NCBI GenBank assembly: GCA_040079655.1
Contig: JBEBJX010000001.1
Location: 14,060 to 78,059, forward strand
Length of the DNA stretch: 64,000 nucleotides
Origin: Sphingopyxis sp.
GTDB lineage: Bacteria > Pseudomonadota > Alphaproteobacteria > Sphingomonadales > Sphingomonadaceae
Reading direction: 5' to 3'
Numbering within the stretch: position 1 is the stretch's first letter; every line of letters begins with the position of its first letter. This document shows positions 19,501 through 28,455 of this stretch, one piece after another. The notes beneath the pieces were generated by a model. It searched no databases and was not told the DNA's origin. It worked only from the letters and a program-made list of their open reading frames with translations. The translations under genes were made by a program, and so were the position numbers.

Positions 19501-20487
19501 ATGAGCGAGACGATTGTTGCAGTTGATATTGGCGGCACCCATGCGCGATTTGCCCTGGCCGAAGTTGGGCAAGGCCGCGTTGTCTCGCTGGGGCAAAGCA
19601 TAACGCTGAAAACCGCCGAACATGCGAGTTTGCAAACCGCTTGGGAAGATTTTGGACGACAGATTGTGCAGCCATTACCGCGTGCCGCCGCCATCGCCAT
19701 CGCCGGGCCGATACGTGGAGAAGTGCTCAAACTTACGAACAATCCATGGATTATCCGACCCGCGCTGATTGAGGAGAAGCTGAACGTCGATCGATTTGCG
19801 CTGGTCAATGATTTCGAAGCGGTTGGCCATGCGGTGGCACAGTGCGATGCGGAGCATTTCCTGCATCTGACCGGCCCGGATATGCCGCTCCCTGCCGATG
19901 GCACCATCAGCATCATCGGCCCGGGCACCGGCCTGGGCGTTGCCCATGTGTGGCGACAGGCCAACAGCTATCATGTGCAAGCCACCGAGGGCGGGCATGT
20001 CGATTTTGCGCCGCTGGATGTGATCGACGATGCCTTGCTCAAGGCTTTGCGCGAACGCTATCGCCGCGTTTCTGTAGAGCGCGTGGTGGCTGGCCCCGCA
20101 CTCAACGATATATATGCCACGCTTGCCGCCATAGAAGGGCGCGCGGTTATGGCGATGGATAATAAGGCGCTATGGGCGCTGGCGATGGATGGATCGGACA
20201 GCGTCGCCGCAGCAGCAGCCGACCGTTTCTGCATGGCGCTGGGCAGTGTCGCGGGCGATATCGCCCTGGCCCAAGGCGGAAGCGGCGTGGTGATTGCCGG
20301 CGGGCTTGGCCTGCGCATCAAGGATATATTGGTGCGATCAGGCTTTGCGACGCGCTTTCGCGCCAAGGGGCGGTTCGAGGAGCTGATGGCGTCGCTGCCG
20401 GTCAAGCTCATCACGCATCCGGAGCCTGGCCTGTTCGGGGCGGCCGCCGCCTTTGCCCGCAGCCACAGCAATGGGAGCCACACATGA
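19501..20487 (+). CDS. glk: Glucokinase
   Basis: DIGGTHARFAL, NDFEA, GPGTGLG, EGGH, ERVV, GGL motifs of bacterial Glk. Confidence 0.95.
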   Translation: MSETIVAVDIGGTHARFALAEVGQGRVVSLGQSITLKTAEHASLQTAWEDFGRQIVQPLPRAAAIAIAGPIRGEVLKLTNNPWIIRPALIEEKLNVDRFALVNDFEAVGHAVAQCDAEHFLHLTGPDMPLPADGTISIIGPGTGLGVAHVWRQANSYHVQATEGGHVDFAPLDVIDDALLKALRERYRRVSVERVVAGPALNDIYATLAAIEGRAVMAMDNKALWALAMDGSDSVAAAAADRFCMALGSVAGDIALAQGGSGVVIAGGLGLRIKDILVRSGFATRFRAKGRFEELMASLPVKLITHPEPGLFGAAAAFARSHSNGSHT

Positions 20488-21101
20488 GCCATTCGATCCG
20501 CCAGATCATGCAGACATCGCCCGTCATTCCGGTGCTGGTCATCGATGATGTGGCGCACGCCGAGCCTATCGCCCGCGCGCTGGTTACGGGGGGGCTGAGG
20601 GTGCTGGAGGTGACGCTGCGCACTGCTGCCGCGCTCGACGCCATCGCCGCGATGAAGCGCGTTCCGGGCGCGATTGTTGGCGCGGGAACGGTGCTGAACC
20701 CCCAAGACCTCGCGGCATCGATTGGCGCAGGGGCTGAGTTTATCGTATCGCCGGGCCTGACCGATAGCCTTGGCAAGGCAGCGGTGGGATGTGGCATTCC
20801 GTTTTTGCCGGGCATCGCCAATGCGGGCGACATCATGCGCGGACTTGAGCTTGGCCTCGACCATTTCAAATTTTTCCCCGCAGAAACTAGCGGCGGTCGC
20901 CCCGCGCTCAAAGCCTTGTCAGGGCCATTTGGCGGGGTCAGCTTTTGTCCCACAGGTGGTATCACAGCGGCGAGTGCACCCGAATGGTTGGCGCTCGACC
21001 CTGTATTATGCGTGGGCGGCAGCTGGTTGGTCGAGCGCGGCGCGCCCGATGTGGCTGCGATTACGGCTGCCGCGGCGGCGGCTTTTCAGCTCGCGCCATG
21101 A
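20484..21101 (+). CDS. eda: KDPG/KHG aldolase
   Basis: ATGA overlap with glk; PVIPVL, LEVTLRT, VGAGTV, FIVSPG, FKFFPA, CPTGGI; true start 20484 rather than 20172. Confidence 0.95.
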   Translation: MSHSIRQIMQTSPVIPVLVIDDVAHAEPIARALVTGGLRVLEVTLRTAAALDAIAAMKRVPGAIVGAGTVLNPQDLAASIGAGAEFIVSPGLTDSLGKAAVGCGIPFLPGIANAGDIMRGLELGLDHFKFFPAETSGGRPALKALSGPFGGVSFCPTGGITAASAPEWLALDPVLCVGGSWLVERGAPDVAAITAAAAAAFQLAP

Positions 21102-23875
21102 CAATGGATCTGCGCGCAGAGCTTGGCGAATTGCACAAGCAGACGCAGGCAACGCCGCTGTTCAACCCCGTTTTTCAGCTTGGCCTCAACTTGTCGCGGC
21201 GGCTGGAACGCGGTGATATTTCGCTGAAAGACATCGCAGCAACAATCGAGGATTATGGCTGTGAGGCGTTGCAAAGCCGCGCGCACCGCCTTCATGATCT
21301 GTTAGCCCCGATGGGTAGAGATGACAATATCGTGCGGTTCCGCAATTTGGTGGAGCGAAGTGCGGCGAGCAGCGATTTCGCGGCCTTTGCTGCGCGTTGG
21401 TCGCGGCCATTACAACATATCGTATTCACCGGTCACCCAACCTTCCTCTTGAGCGAGACAGAGGCAGAGGCTGTCGCCAGCGCGGCGAGCCAATCGCAAG
21501 TCGGCCCCGCCATGTGTGTTATCAACACTCAACGCGAACCTGTGACATTGGAAGGCGAGCATGCGCAGGTTCTGGCCGCAATGGCGAGGGCGCAGAGTGC
21601 CCGCGATACGATGGTCGATACGGTCCTGTCCGCGGCCAGGGATCGCTGGCCCGATCAATGGCGCAGCTTATCACCTATGCCATTCCGCCTGGCCACTTGG
21701 GTCGGCTATGATATGGATGGCCGCACCGATATTGGGTGGCACACCAGCATCTCATATCGCCTGACAGAAAAAGCGACGCGGCTCAATAGCTATGCCGATG
21801 CGTTGAGTGCGCTGGCATGCACCGCCGAAATTGTCGAAGCATTGCACCGCGCCAGCAATCACGCTTCGGCCATGGCCGCGCTTTTTTCGGGGCCGCTGGA
21901 CGACCCGCAAACGCTGTCTGACGCCGCGAATCAGCTGACCGCTGATGGGCCCGATAAAATGGTGTCGCTGGAGCCGATCATAGCGCGATTACAGGCCATG
22001 GCCATCAATGCGGCCCCCGATGATGCGCAGCAACTATTGCGGATCATCGCCGCGATGCGCGCGGACGGGCTAGGCATGGGTTGGGTCCATTTTCGTGTTA
22101 ACGCCGCGCAATTACTCAACGCAATACGCCGCCGCATTGACCCCGACAATCAGCTCGACCTGGCGAGCGGCACCGCCCTCAATCGGTTGCGCGCGTTGCT
22201 GGCACATGTGAAGCCTTTGCGTAGCAATTTTGCCGCATTGGCTATGGAGAGCACGACAGCGGTACGGCAATTTCTGGCGATGGCGCAGATCATCCATCAT
22301 GTCGATGCTGATGCGCCGGTGCGGATGTTGATTGCCGAATGCGAAGAGCCGCAAACAGTCCTCGCCGCACTGTATTTTGCGCGGTTGTTTGGCATAGAGG
22401 ATCGGGTTGATATTTCACCATTGTTCGAGACCGAAAGCGCAATGGAGCATGGCGGGCGGTTTTTGGATGCACTGCTGCGTGAACCCGCCTATCGCGACTA
22501 TGCCAGGCTGCGCGGGCGCGTGGCCATCCAGACCGGTTTTTCCGATGCGGGGCGTTTTGTGGGGCAGATCCCGGCTGCTCTGGCTATCGAGCGGTTGCAC
22601 GGCCGCTTGGCCCAGGCCATGGTGCAGGGTGGCCTGTCGGATGTCGCGGCGCTGATATTTAATACGCACGGCGAATCGATGGGGCGCGGCGCGCATCCGT
22701 CGAGCATGAGCGACCGGCTCACTTACCCTATGAGCCACTGGGCAAGAGCGCGCTTTGCCCATGCAGGCATAACGCTTGAACCAGAGGTGAGCTTTCAAGG
22801 CGGCGATGGCTTTTTACCCTTCTTCAACGAGAGTTTGGCACTGGCTTGCCTCGTTCGCATAGCCGAGGTTGAGGGGCAGATTGAGCCTAGTGCAGAGCCT
22901 GATCCATTTTATTCGCGAACCGACCTTTCGCTCGATTACTATCGCGGAATCAGGCGGATGCAGCGCGATTTTCTAGCCTCGCGCAGCTATGCACGCGCCA
23001 TCACTGCCTTTGGCCTTGGCCTGCTCAATGAAACAGGATCGCGCAAATCGCGGCGGCAATCGGATCTGTCTGCTGATCGGGAAATGAGCCTGCGGCAAAT
23101 CCGCGCCATCCCGCATAACGCTGTGCTGCAACAGCTGGGCTATCCGGTCAATGTGATTGCCGGCGCTGGCACCGCAGCGGCCGATGAGCCGGAAGCTGTG
23201 ACAGAGCTGATCGCCCAAAGCCCGCGCGCACAGCAATTGATGCGGCTGGTGCGCGCCTCAAACGCGCTGGCCAGCATCAAGTCGGTCGCCGCCTTTGGCG
23301 AGTTGTTCAACAGCGCCTATTGGGCCAGCCGCCCCTATCGCGGAACAGAGCCGCACCTGGAGGATGCTTGCTTAGCACTGGCTGAGCAATTGGTCGCTGA
23401 CGATCGGGTTGGCGCGTTTCGCCGCCTAGCAAGCCGTTTGCGGATTGATGCCATAAAGCTGCATCGCATGCTGGCGATGTTGCCCGATGAAGGCCCCGAG
23501 CCTATGCGCGAGGAGCGGCGGCGATCCATTGGCGCGCTGCAAGCGATCCGCCTGGCGCTCATGCAGCATATTTTTCTGCTGGCGGTCCAGATCCCGGCAT
23601 TTTCCCGATCAAATGACATTAGCCGCGACGATGTATTGGCTATGGTATTTTCGCTTCGCATTGACGACGCGTTGGCGCAATTACGCCGCGCCTACCCCGT
23701 GTCCGAACCGTCGATGGGCGATTTCACTGTCAAAGAACCATGCGACTATCCCGATGGCGATGCCCAGCCCTATGCTGGCATACGCGCACGCTATATCGAC
23801 CCCATCGAGCATGCTTATGCGCTGTGCCTGCGCGTTGGCACCGCTATCGCTAATCATTTCGGCGCTCACGGCTAA
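21098..23875 (+). CDS. ppc: Phosphoenolpyruvate carboxylase, divergent type
   Basis: ATGA overlap with eda; VFTGHPT, PLFET, GFSDAGR, GRG, IRAIP are counterparts of PEPC motifs, several with substitutions. Confidence 0.75.
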   Translation: MTMDLRAELGELHKQTQATPLFNPVFQLGLNLSRRLERGDISLKDIAATIEDYGCEALQSRAHRLHDLLAPMGRDDNIVRFRNLVERSAASSDFAAFAARWSRPLQHIVFTGHPTFLLSETEAEAVASAASQSQVGPAMCVINTQREPVTLEGEHAQVLAAMARAQSARDTMVDTVLSAARDRWPDQWRSLSPMPFRLATWVGYDMDGRTDIGWHTSISYRLTEKATRLNSYADALSALACTAEIVEALHRASNHASAMAALFSGPLDDPQTLSDAANQLTADGPDKMVSLEPIIARLQAMAINAAPDDAQQLLRIIAAMRADGLGMGWVHFRVNAAQLLNAIRRRIDPDNQLDLASGTALNRLRALLAHVKPLRSNFAALAMESTTAVRQFLAMAQIIHHVDADAPVRMLIAECEEPQTVLAALYFARLFGIEDRVDISPLFETESAMEHGGRFLDALLREPAYRDYARLRGRVAIQTGFSDAGRFVGQIPAALAIERLHGRLAQAMVQGGLSDVAALIFNTHGESMGRGAHPSSMSDRLTYPMSHWARARFAHAGITLEPEVSFQGGDGFLPFFNESLALACLVRIAEVEGQIEPSAEPDPFYSRTDLSLDYYRGIRRMQRDFLASRSYARAITAFGLGLLNETGSRKSRRQSDLSADREMSLRQIRAIPHNAVLQQLGYPVNVIAGAGTAAADEPEAVTELIAQSPRAQQLMRLVRASNALASIKSVAAFGELFNSAYWASRPYRGTEPHLEDACLALAEQLVADDRVGAFRRLASRLRIDAIKLHRMLAMLPDEGPEPMREERRRSIGALQAIRLALMQHIFLLAVQIPAFSRSNDISRDDVLAMVFSLRIDDALAQLRRAYPVSEPSMGDFTVKEPCDYPDGDAQPYAGIRARYIDPIEHAYALCLRVGTAIANHFGAHG

Positions 23876-23909
23876 AGCCGCAGCTTATCATTTCGGCGCT
23901 CACGGCTAA
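23853..23909 (+). repeat. Perfect 23-bp direct repeat duplicating the ppc 3' end
   Basis: atcatttcggcgctcacggctaa at 23853-23875 and 23887-23909, 11-bp spacer. Confidence 0.95.
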
Positions 23910-23993
23910 TTCTATTTCATCACAGTTTCCGTTTGCGTAAGCGGTAGGCATTGCACACAATGGCATGTCAGACACAGCAACAGGAATCGCCCG

Positions 23994-25157
23994 ATGGACG
24001 CAGATATATTTGAGGCATTCCTCGTGTCGCTCAAACGCTATGTCCGCGAACGGCTCATCCCCGCAGAGGCGGACGTCATCGCCAATGACCGTATCCCAGA
24101 CCATATATTGGATGAAATGCGCGACATGGGGCTGTTTGGCATAACAATCCCGGTTGAATATGGCGGCGCGGGGATGACGATCAGCCAATATATCGAGACG
24201 GTCAAGCACCTGTCCTATGCGGCCCCGGCCTATCGTTCCACAATGTCGATCAATGTCGGGATGACCGGCACCGCGATCCGCAAATTCGGCACAGCGGAGC
24301 AGCGCGAGCGCTGGTTGCCGCGCATCGCCGCAGGGGAAATCGCCTGCTTCGGGCTGACCGAGCCAAATAGCGGATCAGACAGCGCAGCCATGCTGACCAG
24401 CGCAGTCAGGAGCGGCAACGGCTATGTGTTGAACGGCACAAAGCGTTATATCACCAACGCGCCGCATGCGAAAATCGCCCTCATCATGGCGCGGACCAAC
24501 AAAGAGGCTTTGCCTAAAAATGCCCATGTTTCTGCGTTCATTGTGCCGATGGACGCGGCCGGAATCACCGTTGGCAGCCCCGATGAAAAAATGGGGCAAT
24601 CGGGCGCGCATATTGCCGACATCATATTGGATAATGTGCAATTGCCGGGCGACGCATTGCTGGGCGGTGAGGAAGGCAAAGGCTTTGTCGCCGCGATGCA
24701 GAGCCTCGACAATGGTCGATTGTCGGTTGCGGCGATGAGTGTCGGGATGGGCCGCCGCATTCTGGACACGGCTGTGCGTTACGCAACGACGCGCAAAGCC
24801 TTTGGCGAGCCTATCGCCAATTTTCAGCTGATCCAGGCGATGCTGGCCGACAGCGAAGCAGAGCTATACGCCGCCGAGTGCATGATTGCCGATGCGTGCG
24901 CACGCGCGGACGCGGGCGAAAATATTGTGCGCAAGGCCGCTGCGGCCAAGATGTTTGCATCCGAGACATGTGGCCGCGTGGCCGATAGATGTGTGCAAAT
25001 CCATGGCGGCGCGGGCTATCTTGCGGAATATGAGGCTGAACGCTTTTTCCGTGATGCGCGTATCTTGCGGATATACGAGGGAACGACGCAAATTATGCAG
25101 TTGCAGATTGCCAAACATATGCTGCGCGATTTTGCCCGCGATGGCGCGCTGTGGTGA
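23994..25157 (+). CDS. Acyl-CoA dehydrogenase
   Basis: FGLTEPNSGSD, LNGTKRYITN, RKAFG..I..FQ, VQIHGGAGY, RIYEGTTQI. Confidence 0.92.
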   Translation: MDADIFEAFLVSLKRYVRERLIPAEADVIANDRIPDHILDEMRDMGLFGITIPVEYGGAGMTISQYIETVKHLSYAAPAYRSTMSINVGMTGTAIRKFGTAEQRERWLPRIAAGEIACFGLTEPNSGSDSAAMLTSAVRSGNGYVLNGTKRYITNAPHAKIALIMARTNKEALPKNAHVSAFIVPMDAAGITVGSPDEKMGQSGAHIADIILDNVQLPGDALLGGEEGKGFVAAMQSLDNGRLSVAAMSVGMGRRILDTAVRYATTRKAFGEPIANFQLIQAMLADSEAELYAAECMIADACARADAGENIVRKAAAAKMFASETCGRVADRCVQIHGGAGYLAEYEAERFFRDARILRIYEGTTQIMQLQIAKHMLRDFARDGALW

Positions 25158-25184
25158 TGGCATCGACAAGTGCGGTAGGATGAC

Positions 25185-26381
25185 ATGTATCCGCTGCTGC
25201 CCGATCTCACCATCATAGAGGCGTCATCCTTTGTCGCGTCTCCAAGCGCGGGGCTCTATATGGCGCAAATGGGGGCACAGGTGATCCGGGTGGATCAGAT
25301 TGGCGGCGGCCCAGATTATCGACGATGGCCGCTCGGCCCAAATGGGGACAGCCTGTATTGGGAAAACCTCAACCGTGCCAAAACCTCGCTGGCGCTTGAC
25401 CTGAAATCGGCGGAAGGGCGCGAATTGCTGGTTGAGCTAGTGCGCGCGACTGGCCAGTTCATCACCAATTACCCAGTGGATGGATTTTTGTCATACGCAG
25501 CACTCGCCCAGGCGCGCACAGACTTGGTGACGGTGCGCATCATGGGTCAGGCGGACGGCGGGTCGGCGCTTGATTATACGGTCAATTGCGCGGTCGGCAT
25601 TCCCGATATGACGGGCACAGGCACAAACCCAATCAACCATGTCCTGCCTGCCTGGGATTTGCTCACCGGTGCTTATGCAGCCTTTGCGATGCTGGCGGCG
25701 CTCCGCCACCGCGATGCCACTGGTGCCGGGCAAGAAGTGCGCATTCCCTTGCAGGATGTTGCAACGGCGAGCGTCGCCAATTTGGGGATGATTGCCGAAG
25801 TTTTGGTGGGCGGGCACAATCGCGAGCGGCTGGGCAACGCCGTTTATGGCGCATTTGGGCGCGATTTTGTGACCCGCGATGGCCGCCGCCTGATGATCAT
25901 GGCGATAACATCCAAACAATGGGCGGGGCTGGTTGCCGCGCTCGATATGGCGGGGGAGGTTGCGCAGATTGAAACGCAGCTAGTCCTGTCCTTTGCCGAT
26001 GACGAGGGGCTGCGCTTTGCCCATCGCGACAGGCTGTTCCCTTTGGTCGAGGGGCGCGTTGCCCAGTGGGACTATCCCGCATTAGCAATCGCATTGGATG
26101 CGCACGTCTGCTGTTACGGCCCATACCAAACTATGCTTGAGGCGGCGCAAGACCCGAAACTTGTCACGCACAACCCAATATTTTCACGGACCTCAAACCC
26201 AAGTGGAATGGCATATCCGGCGGCTGGCGCATTTGCCACTATCCCCCAAATGCCGCGCGAAGCGGCACGCGCTGCTCCGGCAATCGGTGCGCATAGCGAG
26301 CAAATTCTGGCTACGCATCTTGGGCTTTCCAGCGCGCAAATTGGCGCGCTCATAGACAAGGGCATAGTGTCGCAATCATGA
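25185..26381 (+). CDS. Family III CoA-transferase resembling mesaconyl-CoA C1-C4 CoA transferase (2-methylfumaryl-CoA isomerase, Mct-like)
   Basis: EASSFVASP, IGGGPDYRRWP, SLYWENLNRAK, DYTVN, NHVLPAWD, YGAFGRDF match my recollection of Mct sequences; CaiB/BaiF family assignment is firm, subfamily is by recognition. Confidence 0.75.
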   Translation: MYPLLPDLTIIEASSFVASPSAGLYMAQMGAQVIRVDQIGGGPDYRRWPLGPNGDSLYWENLNRAKTSLALDLKSAEGRELLVELVRATGQFITNYPVDGFLSYAALAQARTDLVTVRIMGQADGGSALDYTVNCAVGIPDMTGTGTNPINHVLPAWDLLTGAYAAFAMLAALRHRDATGAGQEVRIPLQDVATASVANLGMIAEVLVGGHNRERLGNAVYGAFGRDFVTRDGRRLMIMAITSKQWAGLVAALDMAGEVAQIETQLVLSFADDEGLRFAHRDRLFPLVEGRVAQWDYPALAIALDAHVCCYGPYQTMLEAAQDPKLVTHNPIFSRTSNPSGMAYPAAGAFATIPQMPREAARAAPAIGAHSEQILATHLGLSSAQIGALIDKGIVSQS

Positions 26382-27529
26382 CCAATAACCACATCGAAAT
26401 CCGCGAAGCCGTTGGCAAATTATGCGCTGGGTTCCCCGGAGACTATTGGCGCGCCAAAGATAAAAATCGTGAATATCCAGCGGAGTTTGTGGACGCGCTA
26501 GGAGACGCCGGCTTTCTCGCGGCGCTCATTCCCCAGGAATATGGCGGGTCCGGCCTTCCGATGTCCGCCGCAGCCGCAATTTTAGAAGAGGTGCAAGCGC
26601 ACGGGTGCAATGGCGCCGCCTGCCATGCGCAAATCTATGTGATGGGAACATTGCTTCGCCACGGGTCAGCGGCGCAGAAGGCGGCCTATCTGCCGCGCAT
26701 TGCCTCTGGCGAGCTCAGGCTACAGGCCTTTGCTGTGACCGAGCCGTCTAGCGGAACCGACACCCTAAGCCTGACCACCAGCGCGACCAGAGACGGCGAT
26801 CATTATGTCATCCGTGGCCAGAAAATATGGACCAGCCGCGCCGAGCATAGCGACCTGATGATTCTGCTAGCGCGGACAACACCAAAAGAATCCGTCGTAA
26901 AGCGAACCGACGGGTTGAGTGTATTCATTGTCGATATGCGCGAAGCATTGGGTAACGGCATGACCATCAGGCCAATTGAGACGATGATGAACCATGCGAC
27001 GACCGAAATCTTTTTTGATGATCTGCGCATATCCGCAGCGAATTTAATCGGCGAGGAGGGGCAAGGTTTTCGCTATATCCTGTCCGGAATGAACGCCGAG
27101 CGGCTGTTGATAGCGGCGGAGTGTATCGGCGATGCCAAATGGTTCATCGAAAAAGCGAGCGCCTATGCCAAGGAGCGCGTGCTGTTTGGCCGCCCAATCG
27201 GCCAGAATCAGGGTGTGCAATTCCCCATTGCCCGCGCCTATGCGCAAATGCGCGCTGCGGAGTTGATGGTGCATCAGGGACTGGCCCAATATGAAGCTGG
27301 CGCGGATTGCGGGGAGGAAGCGAACATCGCCAAAATGCTGGCCGCCGAAGCGAGCTTTGCCGCAGGCGAGGCTTGTATCCAGACGCATGGTGGCTTTGGT
27401 TTTGCCTGTGCCTATGACATTGAGCGCAAATGGCGCGAAACGCGGCTTTACCAAGTCGCGCCGATCAGCACCAACATGATCCTGTCCTATATTGGCGAGC
27501 ATGTGTTGGGCCTGCCGAGGAGCTATTGA
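26378..27529 (+). CDS. Acyl-CoA dehydrogenase (type found in itaconate/methylsuccinate clusters)
   Basis: ATGA overlap; LRLQAFAVTEPSSGTD, GQKIWTSRAEHSD, MNAERLLIAAE, THGGFGF, APISTNMIL. Confidence 0.88.
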   Translation: MTNNHIEIREAVGKLCAGFPGDYWRAKDKNREYPAEFVDALGDAGFLAALIPQEYGGSGLPMSAAAAILEEVQAHGCNGAACHAQIYVMGTLLRHGSAAQKAAYLPRIASGELRLQAFAVTEPSSGTDTLSLTTSATRDGDHYVIRGQKIWTSRAEHSDLMILLARTTPKESVVKRTDGLSVFIVDMREALGNGMTIRPIETMMNHATTEIFFDDLRISAANLIGEEGQGFRYILSGMNAERLLIAAECIGDAKWFIEKASAYAKERVLFGRPIGQNQGVQFPIARAYAQMRAAELMVHQGLAQYEAGADCGEEANIAKMLAAEASFAAGEACIQTHGGFGFACAYDIERKWRETRLYQVAPISTNMILSYIGEHVLGLPRSY

Positions 27530-27532
27530 TTG

Positions 27533-28399
27533 ATGACCGACTGGTCGCATTGGATTGACCGGACAGAGACGCGCCACGATGTGGTGACGCCCGGGCTGGT
27601 CGCGCGGTTGCGTGCGACGATCAACAGCGCGGGAACAGGCCATGGCGGGGCTGGAGACATCGCCCCCCTTGGCGTGCATTGGTGCCTATGCCTGCCAGAT
27701 GCGATGACAGCTGACCTCGGCGAAGATGGCCACCCCAATCGGTCCCTTCCCAATGCGTTCCTTCCGCCCATTCCCCTTCCCCGCCGCATGTGGGCATCGA
27801 GCAAGGTCGATTTCTTGACCCCGATCATGGTCGGATCGGATGTTGAGCGCATTTCAACCATTACCGCCATCACCGAGAAAGACGGCAGCAGCGGCCGGCT
27901 GGTTTTCGTAACCATTAGGCATGAAATGCGCGCCAACAGCGAACTGGCTGTGCGGGAAGACCAGATGCTGGTTTATCGCGGGGCAATGGCTTCGGCTCCG
28001 CAAGCGGGCATAGCGCCCTCTCCCGCAACTCCGCATGATCTATCCATGTGGCCGCACCGCCGATCAATAACGCCAAACGAGCCGATGCTGCTGCGCTACT
28101 CGGCCTTGACGTTCAACGCGCATCGCATTCATTATGATTTGCCCTACGCTCAACAGGTCGAAGGCTATGCTGGGCTCGTCGTCCACGGGCCATTGAGCGC
28201 GACGTTATTGCTTGATTTTGCTGCGCAGTTATTTGGCCCTGATCGCGTGAAACAGTTTGCGTTTCGCGGGCGCGCTCCTGCCATATGCGGGGAAGCCATA
28301 ACGCTCGTGGCGCGGCCAATCGGGAATGATGTAAAGTTGGCGGTCATCGGGTCGGGTGGCACAGCGGTGATGGAGGCAAGCGCGAGCCTGATTTGCTGA
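27533..28399 (+). CDS. Double hot-dog hydratase, mesaconyl-C4-CoA / itaconyl-CoA hydratase-like (HTD2/MaoC family)
   Basis: LGEDGHP, PRRMWA, KDGSSGRLVFV, YSALTFNAHRIHYD, GLVVHGPL. Confidence 0.8.
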   Translation: MTDWSHWIDRTETRHDVVTPGLVARLRATINSAGTGHGGAGDIAPLGVHWCLCLPDAMTADLGEDGHPNRSLPNAFLPPIPLPRRMWASSKVDFLTPIMVGSDVERISTITAITEKDGSSGRLVFVTIRHEMRANSELAVREDQMLVYRGAMASAPQAGIAPSPATPHDLSMWPHRRSITPNEPMLLRYSALTFNAHRIHYDLPYAQQVEGYAGLVVHGPLSATLLLDFAAQLFGPDRVKQFAFRGRAPAICGEAITLVARPIGNDVKLAVIGSGGTAVMEASASLIC

Positions 28400-28455
28400 T
28401 TGGCCGAAACAGGGAGCCATTGCGCCCTGCTCCCCTTCCCTCCTATGGCAGGGCC

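Noticed and set aside
20172-20483. N-terminal extension of the eda ORF
   Set aside because: Lies inside glk in another frame; the ATGA-coupled start at 20484 gives a normal-length Eda. Similar over-long starts were trimmed for LacI, GH13, GH97, ppc, phaZ, TlpA and gdhA
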